Shown here: piece by piece, positions 9,413 through 17,079 of the stretch
Layout: every line of letters starts with the position of its first letter
Position numbering within the stretch: position 1 is the first letter of the stretch
Source: Candidatus Hydrogenedentota bacterium
GTDB taxonomy: Bacteria > Hydrogenedentota > Hydrogenedentia > Hydrogenedentales > SLHB01
Direction: 5' to 3'
Assembly (NCBI GenBank): GCA_016209895.1
Contig: JACQVH010000109.1
Location: forward strand, 8,732 to 72,731
DNA: 64,000 bases
Notes under the pieces: generated by a model
Databases searched by the model: none
What the model was told of the DNA's origin: nothing
Seen by the model: the letters and a program-made list of their open reading frames with translations, nothing else
Position numbers and translations under genes: made by a program

Positions 9413-10736
9413 GGGTCTCTCCCGAGCGGTCCAGTTCTTGGTAGCCGAAGTGCTCCCAGTATAGCGGACAGGCCCCCTGGCATAGGTCGAAATTCTCGCA
9501 TTCGTGGCATCGCGGCGGCGCACATTCCTTTTCCCGCAGTCGCCGCGCCCGCGCCGATTCCCATGTCTTCCGGAACCCGTCGCGCAACAGATTCCCAAGG
9601 GGTTCGGGCCAACTGGAACAAGGTAGCACGTCACCCCTGGGGGAAACGGAAAGTAGACCGTCGCACGCCGCGCAACCCTTGTTTCCCAGTTGGTGTTGGA
9701 TGGGGTTAAAGATGCAGACGGGTGTGGGCGAATACCACAGGAATTCCACGTTGTTCCGGCGGGCCTGGTCCTGAATGCGAAGAACGGCCTCAGACACGTC
9801 GCCGTATCGCAAGTTAATGTCCGGAAACATTGCGCGGCTCGTACCGGTAGGAATCACCAGGTTCATTGAAAACCGCTCGAGGCCCAGCGAGCGTACAAAC
9901 GCCGGCATCGCGTCTGCCGTTTCTATGTTCATTCGGTTAAGGGTAGTGTTGGTATGAACCCGGATGCCGTGGTCGCGGAGATGGCCGATACCGGCGATGG
10001 TTCGGCGAAACGAACCGTTCGCCCTCGTAAGCTCGTCGTGAATAGCCTCGTTATGCGACTCGAGGCTCACCTGCGCACTGGTCAGTCCGGCATCGCTCAG
10101 TTCTCCCGCCAGAACATCGTCTATGAGTGTTCCATTGGAAATCAGGTTCACTCGCAGACCGCATTCCTGGCGCGCGTAACGCGCCAATTCGGGAAGGTCT
10201 TTGCGCAGCGTCGGCTCGCCTCCGGTAAGACTGAGACTCGGCACCTGAGCCTCTTCCTGAATAATGCGAAGCACCCGGCGTATCTCACTGGTCGTCATTT
10301 CCGGTTCAGATTCGCGGCTTCGCGTGCATCCGCAACCCGCGTAGCAAAACCGGCAACGCAGATTGCAGCGATACGTCACGGCCACTTCGCTGAGGACCGG
10401 CAGCGAGCTAAACCGTCGCGAGAATGGTCGAGTCGTGACGGCTTCCGGCGGCCGGCGCTCATTTACGCACCCTTGAAGGACCTGTTTTAGGCCGACAAAG
10501 AAGAGGTATAGGTCGCGCTGAACTTGGGGAGAACGGCCGTGGGACTCCCACAGTTGCAGGATACCTTCACCGGCAAACAAGCGCTTCAGGATTCCTACGG
10601 CAGAGGCGTTGAGCTTGTGCGCTTCGTTCGGCACTTTGATGAGCAGGCTGTCTTCCTCCCGCACGACCACGAACCCGCGCAATCGCGCAACGTACTCGTC
10701 AATCCATTCGAGCGGGTACGGTCCGATGTCGTTCAT
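9393..10736 (-). CDS. Radical SAM / SPASM-domain enzyme with an N-terminal PqqD-like RiPP recognition element (RRE); putative peptide/protein-modifying maturase
   Basis: 447 aa. The N-terminal 90 aa or so match the PqqD/RRE pattern (SLLIKVPNEAHKLNASAVGILKRLFAGEG...). A CNLRCRFCYAG (Cx3Cx2C) radical SAM cluster motif is present. The C-terminus has a Cys-rich SPASM/twitch region (CAACDG...CSSW...CHECENFDLCQGACP). Confidence 0.85.
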   Translation of the reverse strand: MNDIGPYPLEWIDEYVARLRGFVVVREEDSLLIKVPNEAHKLNASAVGILKRLFAGEGILQLWESHGRSPQVQRDLYLFFVGLKQVLQGCVNERRPPEAVTTRPFSRRFSSLPVLSEVAVTYRCNLRCRFCYAGCGCTRSRESEPEMTTSEIRRVLRIIQEEAQVPSLSLTGGEPTLRKDLPELARYARQECGLRVNLISNGTLIDDVLAGELSDAGLTSAQVSLESHNEAIHDELTRANGSFRRTIAGIGHLRDHGIRVHTNTTLNRMNIETADAMPAFVRSLGLERFSMNLVIPTGTSRAMFPDINLRYGDVSEAVLRIQDQARRNNVEFLWYSPTPVCIFNPIQHQLGNKGCAACDGLLSVSPRGDVLPCSSWPEPLGNLLRDGFRKTWESARARRLREKECAPPRCHECENFDLCQGACPLYWEHFGYQELDRSGETHVVATS

Positions 10737-10737
10737 G

Positions 10738-12393
10738 CTAGTGCGAACCTCCGCTGACGCATGCCGAATGGCACGCCGAATGACAGGCCGAATGACAGGC
10801 GGAATGGCACGCCGAGTGACACGCCGAATGACAGGCGTCGTGGCAGGCCGAGTGCGTAAAGCACCCTTCGAAACAGTAGCTGGACTCGAGAAACTCCGAG
10901 TACGTCAACGTGTGAGCGGGCTGACGAAATTGGTCCCGGTATGTCGCCGGATCGCGGCTCCAGTAGTAATCACCATAGCGGTAAGGATAATCTTCGGCAA
11001 CCGGCTCCTCCAATACCTTTTTGGTGAATAGTTGGCTCACGATGGTCTGGTAGTGAGCGCGGGTCGCCTCCAGGTCACAGTCCCACGCGGCGCGCTGCAC
11101 GTTCGCACACAGCTTGCGGAATACCTCGTCCATTTCATTTTCATCGAGGCGATCGTCGTTCACGATATAACCGAAGACCATTTCCTCGTACGGGTTGTCG
11201 AGTCGAGGAAAGCCGGTCCGGGTGCGACAACGAAACGGGTTGGTTTGGGTAACTTCGATTACCCCCGACGTTTCGAGCCGTCCAACAATGGCGCTGAGGA
11301 TCGCCCCGAACGGTTGGTCGCATATCAAACAGGCCTCGTAAATATCGAGTTGCGCGACCTTGCCTTCTTTCCGAAAGGACGATAATTCGATCCGCGGCGG
11401 TATCCAATCTTCGCGTGACCACCGAATACTGCTCAATCCGTCGCGAGCCCGGAGCATCGAGCGGTGTTTCGCGCTGCTTACCAGCAAGACCAATCCAAGG
11501 AAGAGTGCTGCCACCAGGGCCGGGATGAAGTATGGTGTGCCTGCCTCGGCGACCGGGCGCGGCGGCATCCGCACAGCGGGGGCTCGAGGCAGGGACACCG
11601 GCGGCGGCGAGACCGCCTCCACCAGCGGCTCGTTGAAATACTTCGCCGCGATATACTGCTGAATTCGAAAGTGGTACATCTTATCCACGTTGTCGCGATG
11701 CAACCGCACCGCCAGCCAGTTGCCGCCTTCGTATTCCTGGCCGTAATAAGAGATACGGTAGTTCTCATTCATGAACGGCTCGGTTCGGAATCCGTACTGA
11801 TTCATTTCCTCGATGGTCATCGTTCCTCCCGGCAGGCTGCTCTGCGCCGGAGCCTCAACCGGATAGTAAACGCGGACCGTGTAGTGGCCTAGGGGCGCGT
11901 CCCACTGAACCGGCGCCCAATTGAAGTACACTAAGTCTCCAAATTCGGACATGGTCACACCCAAATGGCCGGACGCGAGCAGGTCGGCCGCGTAGGTGAA
12001 TTTGTAGATGACGTCCCCGGAATCAATCGCAGCGCCGCCCGCGAGCACGATATCCCATTTCCTGTCCCCCACTTTCTCGATGGAGAGCGGCAGGCTACTT
12101 CGGTTTTCGTCGTACCACGCCCGGGCATTCGCCGTGTCGAACACCGGCGTCTCCTCAACGCCCTCGAAATAGAACCCGTGAAGGTTGCCGCGAGACCGCC
12201 AACATACGCTATAGGTAACGCTGGCCTTGTAGTCGGAGCGAAGCGCTACGTCCACTTCCGCCCACTGGAGGACGCCGTCCGCGTGCGCGACCGACACGAC
12301 CAAGCAGAACAATGCGGCGGAAACGGCTAAACACAAGACCGCCCTCACCGGAGCAGTTCCCACGAAATCCATCTCGCCCTGCGTTCGGATCAC
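10738..12393 (-). CDS. Single-pass membrane protein with a secreted N-terminal domain and a cytoplasmic C-terminal domain ending in a Cys/His tetrapeptide-repeat tail (ACHS/ACHD)x7
   Basis: 551-aa ORF. It has a signal peptide ([21 protein letters not shown]), one TM helix ([21 protein letters not shown]) and a C-terminus [42 protein letters not shown]. Its stop codon is 1 nt from the radical SAM start codon. Confidence 0.6.
   Translation of the reverse strand: [551 protein letters not shown]
10759..10848 (-). repeat. Near-perfect 12-nt tandem repeat (7.5 units) encoding (Ala-Cys-His-Ser/Asp)n
   Basis: On the + strand the unit reads gcatgccgaatg / gcacgccgaatg / acaggccgaatg, repeated. The reverse complement encodes ACHS repeats in frame with the 551-aa ORF. 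Confidence 0.9.
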
Positions 12394-12555
12394 TCGAAAC
12401 TCCCCAAAACAAACCGAAACTTAGCGAAGGTACCCCTCAGAATTCAGTATGACTTTACCTCACCTTCCGGCTCAGTTCCAGTAACAACGCCCCCAGCTTG
12501 ACGTTCCACTTTGAGTAGTTTCTCGATGACACAGGTGTACCACCCCTTCCTCAAA

Positions 12556-13830
12556 TCAGTTGGACATCTTTGGGTGCGAACGCAGGCCGAGTATGAGTTT
12601 CTGTGTCCAATCCTGCAACTCAGCTTTCCACTCGGGTCGTTCTCGGATACGGGCACGACACTCTTGCTTGAGTACCGGTTCAATCTCTTTGCCCAGTGAA
12701 GCCAAGTCCCTAATCAGGCTCTTAATGCCCTCTTCCTCGGCTAGGACGTTTCGAGACTGCCATGCGTTTGGACGCCCTGACATGTAGCGATGATATAGAA
12801 ATCGTGCAAGTTGGGTTCGGTCATAGTCGTCTCTGGTCACGGAACGCGGATCAAAAGTAACTCTCTTATCCCCGCCGTCGAGCCACGCTTTCCACGTCTT
12901 GTAATCCTCGTTCAATAGCCATCCCCAATCCTTACCCGTAATTTCAGTAAGCGACTCTGACGCGGCATGCCGAACGACATAATAGAGACCTAAACGGGGC
13001 TTGTGCGATGGAGTCCAAACTTGCCACTGATTCTTATCAATTTCGATTGTGGTGTCATCCTTCATGGCTTCGACGAGGGCGGCGAGGGCTTTGTCGCCGC
13101 CAAATCTCGCCAAGGCGGTGGCGGCCTTGGGGCGCACTACGGATGCTGCTTTTCCCGGCGTGTGCAGGGCCTCGATGATGTAGTCAACCGCACGCGGGTC
13201 TCCTATCTCGGCGAGGGCCGGCACGATGAACTGCGTAAGCTCCGGATGCTTATACTCCGTTGCGTGTTCGACGGCCCCGCTGCCCGCGATCACGAGTTCG
13301 TTGGCCAAAAGGTGAGCCGACCAATACTTCAGCTTGGGAGGATCCAGAATTCCTTCCACAATGCGTTCTACCCGCTGTTTCATGGGTAATTTTCGAATTT
13401 CGTTAACAATCTTTTGATACTCCAATCGGAAAATGCAATCTTCGGAAGCCAGCCGGTTCGGGAACATGGTCCGGGGTGGCCCTTTGTCCATACCCCATGT
13501 CACGTACGCATCCGTCTCTTGAATTGTGGACAAATTCTTTTCGATGAGAGCAATCTGTTCGTCAGTGAATTCGTCCATATTCGAGCGTTCGAACAGTCGC
13601 AGGAACTCGTGTAATTCTTCTCCTGATTTTTCGCTCAGATTACTTAAGATAGCGTCGAACGCCAATATCGGCTTGGGCGGAAGCTCTTCGCCGTCACCCT
13701 TCGCCGCAATCAACAGTCCGAGCATTGTGAATATGATTGTGATATGACGGTACAATAGTGTGAAGCTGCAATACCACGGAGTTTGGACAATAATTCGTAG
13801 GACCGGTGACGGCACGCTCAAAGTGGTCAT
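12556..13830 (-). CDS. HEAT-repeat (PBS-lyase-like) protein with an N-terminal hydrophobic segment
   Basis: The ORF was trimmed to the Met preceded by GGGGAGAG. Repeated A..AL..IGD..A...L motifs are typical of HEAT repeats. GC content is lower than in neighbouring genes. Confidence 0.5.
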   Translation of the reverse strand: MTTLSVPSPVLRIIVQTPWYCSFTLLYRHITIIFTMLGLLIAAKGDGEELPPKPILAFDAILSNLSEKSGEELHEFLRLFERSNMDEFTDEQIALIEKNLSTIQETDAYVTWGMDKGPPRTMFPNRLASEDCIFRLEYQKIVNEIRKLPMKQRVERIVEGILDPPKLKYWSAHLLANELVIAGSGAVEHATEYKHPELTQFIVPALAEIGDPRAVDYIIEALHTPGKAASVVRPKAATALARFGGDKALAALVEAMKDDTTIEIDKNQWQVWTPSHKPRLGLYYVVRHAASESLTEITGKDWGWLLNEDYKTWKAWLDGGDKRVTFDPRSVTRDDYDRTQLARFLYHRYMSGRPNAWQSRNVLAEEEGIKSLIRDLASLGKEIEPVLKQECRARIRERPEWKAELQDWTQKLILGLRSHPKMSN

Positions 13831-13857
13831 AACCTGCTCTCCCCTTCTCATTCTCCG

Positions 13858-13975
13858 CCCGTCTGCGTCTCGGCGAGAGATTCGATCAACGCCGCGATGT
13901 GTTCGCGGGCGGTGAGGATGGTGTTGGGGTCTTCGGTGAAGGTTTTGTTGTCTAGGAAAACCGGGGGCCTATTGC
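13858..13975 (-). pseudogene. 3'-terminal gene fragment, paralogous to the C-terminus of the FG-GAP/DUF4091 gene at 19561..23010, truncated at an IS remnant
   Basis: The fragment translates to FLDNKTFTEDPNTILTAREHIAALIESLAETQTGGE* against VLVDNKIFTEDPKTILAARERIAALIETLEKKQGGGE* at the end of the large gene. DNA identity to 19578..19690 is about 80%. Upstream of the fragment the reading frame is interrupted. Confidence 0.6.
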
Positions 13976-14121
13976 GAGTCAGGCTTCGGCGCGGAGGCGG
14001 ATTAAATCGAGACACTGTTCAAAGAGTCCGTCACTCGCTTAAGTTCCAACTTTCCATGTCGGCGTTGAAGAATCGGGTATGGACATGCTCGGTTCCCAAC
14101 GTCAACAAGGAGGGTACTTCG

Positions 14122-14433
14122 ATGGTAAAGACCGCCCGTCTGTTTAGTCAACTTCTGGACCAGATTCCCCGCACGGACTTCGCCGGGATCGTCAAGAAAC
14201 ACCAGGGGGAACGCCACGCACGGGGATTCACTTGTTGGACGCAATTCGTCGGGATGCTGTTCTCCCAACTCGCGCACGCCGATTCGTTGCGCGAGATCTG
14301 CAATGGCCTCGCCTGTTGTTTGGGAAAGCTCGTGCATCTGGGCATCCCGAACGCGCCCAACCTTACTGTCAGTCGAACTATCCGGAATGAGGCCAGAAGT
14401 TTTCGGGGCCATGTAAGAATTACCCTCTTGTAG
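14122..14433 (+). mobile_element. IS4-family transposase, N-terminal fragment only (DUF4372-like), a remnant
   Basis: MVKTARLFSQLLDQIPRTDFAGIVKKHQGERHARGFTCWTQFVGMLFSQLAHADSLREICNGL matches the conserved N-terminus of IS4/IS1634-type transposases. A GGAGG ribosome-binding site is present. The ORF terminates after about 104 aa and there is no DDE catalytic domain. Confidence 0.55.
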
Positions 14434-14560
14434 CGACAAATATACGTAAGGACCGTGTCTCGGCATGGGTAATCTGAGACAAGCGTTGCCGTTTTGCTGT
14501 GGTCCTGGCTTGCAACGCCGAAGGGATGGGCCAGGCGAACGGAGTAAGGGGTGTCGAATC

Positions 14561-15304
14561 ATGAAGAGCATAAACATGTCAAGATCGTCTATTCGTCTAT
14601 CATTGGGGATTGCCCTCGGAGTATTTGCCGTCGGGTGCCCGCTCTTGCGGGGAGTCACCGTCACGCCCAAGAACCTCGCCATGTTGGAAGGAGAAATGGC
14701 GCAACTTTCCGCGTCAAGCCGCGATCCAAAAGATACATCATTTACGTGGTCTTCGGGCAACCCGGGTGTTGCGACGGTCGACAACACGGGCAAGGTAACC
14801 GCGGTTGCGGAAGGCACGGCAACAATCACGGCTACGGGAACAATCAGCCTTGCCGCCGGCAACGCGGAAGTAAGCGTTGCGCCCGCGCCGGAGCCGACCA
14901 TGGGTGAAACGCTTCTTGAGTTCATTACTAAGGAGGACCCCTACGACGAGTGGACTCAGTTCCCGGACGCTCAGGGGAGCTTCGACAGTTCCCCGCCCCA
15001 CGGCCCCAAGTCCCGTGTCTTCATCAATGGCGTGGTGAACGACGCTCTTGCCGCCAACTTCACCGGTTCGCTGCCGGACGGGTCCATCATTGTGAAAGAA
15101 AGCTTTGATGAAAACATGGTGGAATCCGGCGACTCCCTGACGGTCATGTGGAAAGTGGATGGATTCAACCCGGATGCTAACGATTGGTTCTGGTCTATGA
15201 ACAGTTCTGACGGCAAAGTCCTGGCGGAAGGCAAGATTCAGGGATGCATTAGCTGTCACGGCATCCGGCAAAACAACGATTTCATCTTTCTACACACGTT
15301 CTAA
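14561..15304 (+). CDS. Lipoprotein with an N-terminal bacterial Ig-like (Big_2) domain and a C-terminal cytochrome P460-like haem domain
   Basis: A lipobox-like signal (LGIALGVFAVGCP) is followed by a Big_2-like beta-rich segment (VTVTPKNLAMLEGE...TATITATG). The C-terminus (PDGSIIVKESF...LTVMWKVDGF...DWFWSMNSSDGKVLAEGKIQGCISCHG) matches the P460 pattern, including the terminal CxxCH. AAGGGG ribosome-binding site. Confidence 0.5.
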   Translation: MKSINMSRSSIRLSLGIALGVFAVGCPLLRGVTVTPKNLAMLEGEMAQLSASSRDPKDTSFTWSSGNPGVATVDNTGKVTAVAEGTATITATGTISLAAGNAEVSVAPAPEPTMGETLLEFITKEDPYDEWTQFPDAQGSFDSSPPHGPKSRVFINGVVNDALAANFTGSLPDGSIIVKESFDENMVESGDSLTVMWKVDGFNPDANDWFWSMNSSDGKVLAEGKIQGCISCHGIRQNNDFIFLHTF

Positions 15305-15340
15305 TCTACAATCTGCCGGTTACGCAGCTGGTTTGGAGGC

Positions 15341-15682
15341 ATGAGTACGCGCGAGGGACACCTGAATCCCCGCAGAGAAGCGGGATGCGATTCTATAAGA
15401 AGGGTGAGTTTATTCACCGTCTTGGTTGTCTGCGAGCTTGCCTGGACGACATTGACGGCGGAATCGGGCGCCTCGGAAACCGATCAGTTTATAGCCATGG
15501 ATGCTCAAATCAAGGATTCGGCCGAGGCGCTCAACCACTTCTTGAACGCGCAGGCCGCAGAGTTTCTCGATATTCAAAACGCGCATCGGTCTTCGATCCA
15601 GACCGTGGAAGCACTTACTGAGAAGTACTATTTTTATTTGTTCCCCGAGTTCCTGTTTGACACCAAGCGGACTTCGTGGTAG
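15341..15682 (+). CDS. Hypothetical protein (113 aa) with a possible signal/TM segment
   Basis: ORF only. Confidence 0.2.
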   Translation: MSTREGHLNPRREAGCDSIRRVSLFTVLVVCELAWTTLTAESGASETDQFIAMDAQIKDSAEALNHFLNAQAAEFLDIQNAHRSSIQTVEALTEKYYFYLFPEFLFDTKRTSW

Positions 15683-15719
15683 CATACCGACCGGTCGGTA
15701 TTTTACGGAGAGTTTGAAC

Positions 15720-16310
15720 ATGCCTCGTATGTGTGTCGCTCGAGACCAACTTATGAGTGTCGCGGAAAAACTCGTACATCAGCGTGGGTTTAGGGCCACG
15801 TCGGTGAACGATGTGCTCGCCGAAGCGGGAGTCACCAAGGGAGCTCTGTACCATTATTTCCCCGGCAAGGATGATCTGGAGATGGCGGTTCTCGAACGCG
15901 CCGGCGCGGCGTTTCTCAAGTGCCTGGACGAAGTGCTCGCCGGCCCCTCGCCGCGGGAGTGTCTGGAACATTTTTTCGCGTCCGCTCTCAAGCACCACCG
16001 GAAGGAACGATTCGTCGGCGGGTGTCTCTTCGGCAACACGGCGCTTGAAATGAGCGATACGAATCGCCGCCACGCCGTTTACGTCGAAGGAATCTTTGAC
16101 CAATGGACGAACAAAATCGAAGCGGTAACGCGCGCCGGACAGTCGGCTGGACAAATACGCAACGATATCGGAGCTCGCGATTTGGCCCAGACCGTCGTGG
16201 CCACGATCGAGGGAGGGATTATGTTGTCGCGGCTGGGGAAAAACGAGCGCCCACTCCGAACCTGTCTCGAATCCTTGAGGACTTTCTTGTGGACAAGGAG
16301 GATGTCATGA
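15720..16310 (+). CDS. TetR-family transcriptional regulator
   Basis: An N-terminal helix-turn-helix is present (AEKLVHQRGFRATSVNDVLAEAGVTKGALYHYFPGKDDL). The stop codon overlaps the next start (ATGA). Confidence 0.8.
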   Translation: MPRMCVARDQLMSVAEKLVHQRGFRATSVNDVLAEAGVTKGALYHYFPGKDDLEMAVLERAGAAFLKCLDEVLAGPSPRECLEHFFASALKHHRKERFVGGCLFGNTALEMSDTNRRHAVYVEGIFDQWTNKIEAVTRAGQSAGQIRNDIGARDLAQTVVATIEGGIMLSRLGKNERPLRTCLESLRTFLWTRRMS

Positions 16311-16990
16311 AAGTAATCGCGATTAGCGGGAGCCCGCGTCGAGGATCGAGCACCGACCAACTGGTGCGCGAGGTCCTCGAGGGGGTGGAAGAATGTGAAA
16401 AGGAATTCATATCGCTTGCCGGGAAATCGGTTGCACCGTGCCGCGCGTGCCTCGGTTGTGTTGAAACCAACGTTTGTGTGATCAACGATGATTTCGTGTC
16501 GTTGCGTGAAAAAGTCATTGCGGCTGACGGCTACATCATCGGGGGTCCCAACTACTTCAACATGCTAAATGGGCTGACCCACGCGTTCTTGGAGCGCTGG
16601 TACCAATTTCGCCATCGCGCCGCCATGCTGGTCGCCGGTCGCGTAGGTGTCGCGGTCGGGGTAGGCGGCGGCAGTGGGCAGCCTGCGGCTGACGCGATTT
16701 CCACGTTCTTCAAGTACAACGGCATCGAATGTATCGGCGATGTTACGGCTCAAGGCGCGGCGAGTTGTTTCACCTGCGGCCACGGCGAGACGTGCACGGT
16801 GGGCGCCATTCACGCCAGTTTTCCCCCGGGCACGAAGATAACTGACGACATTACGCCGTCACTGTGCAAGCAGCCTGCGGCGATCGCCAAGGCTCGCTCC
16901 CTCGGGAAACAATTAGGCGAGCGCCTGACGGGAAGCACCACGAGTCGCCAAGCGCGAACCGCACGGACGCATCCACGGGTTGCGCGCTGA
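16307..16990 (+). CDS. NADPH-dependent FMN reductase-like / iron-sulfur flavoprotein (flavodoxin fold)
   Basis: MKVIAISGSPRRGSSTDQLV... is the typical NADPH_dep_FMN_red N-terminus. A Cys cluster (CRACLGC) is present. GGAGGA ribosome-binding site. The gene is translationally coupled to the TetR gene. Confidence 0.7.
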   Translation: MKVIAISGSPRRGSSTDQLVREVLEGVEECEKEFISLAGKSVAPCRACLGCVETNVCVINDDFVSLREKVIAADGYIIGGPNYFNMLNGLTHAFLERWYQFRHRAAMLVAGRVGVAVGVGGGSGQPAADAISTFFKYNGIECIGDVTAQGAASCFTCGHGETCTVGAIHASFPPGTKITDDITPSLCKQPAAIAKARSLGKQLGERLTGSTTSRQARTARTHPRVAR

Positions 16991-17079
16991 CCGTAGCCTC
17001 CATTCGGGTCGGTTTGCATTGCATTGGCAAAAGCCAGAACGGAAACACCAGCCAAGAATTTATTGGGAGGAGTGTAACG

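Noticed and set aside
9393-10736. Considered an anaerobic sulfatase-maturating enzyme (anSME) role for the radical SAM, given the sulfatase-domain gene at 1890..4880
   Set aside because: The sulfatase-family domain nearby has a Thr nucleophile (LtaS/EptA type), not the C/S-x-P-x-R FGly motif. The radical SAM carries an N-terminal RRE and is translationally coupled to the Cys-repeat protein instead.
10738-10872. Considered whether the 12-nt repeat array could be a CRISPR or other non-coding array
   Set aside because: The period is far too short for CRISPR, there are no spacers, and the repeat is in frame within a long ORF and encodes ACHS.
14002-14925. 307-aa minus-strand ORF overlapping the transposase fragment and the P460-like gene
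   Set aside because: It spans an IS remnant and a convincing plus-strand lipoprotein gene. The product is Ser/Pro/Ala-rich with no motif. It is very likely an antisense artefact.
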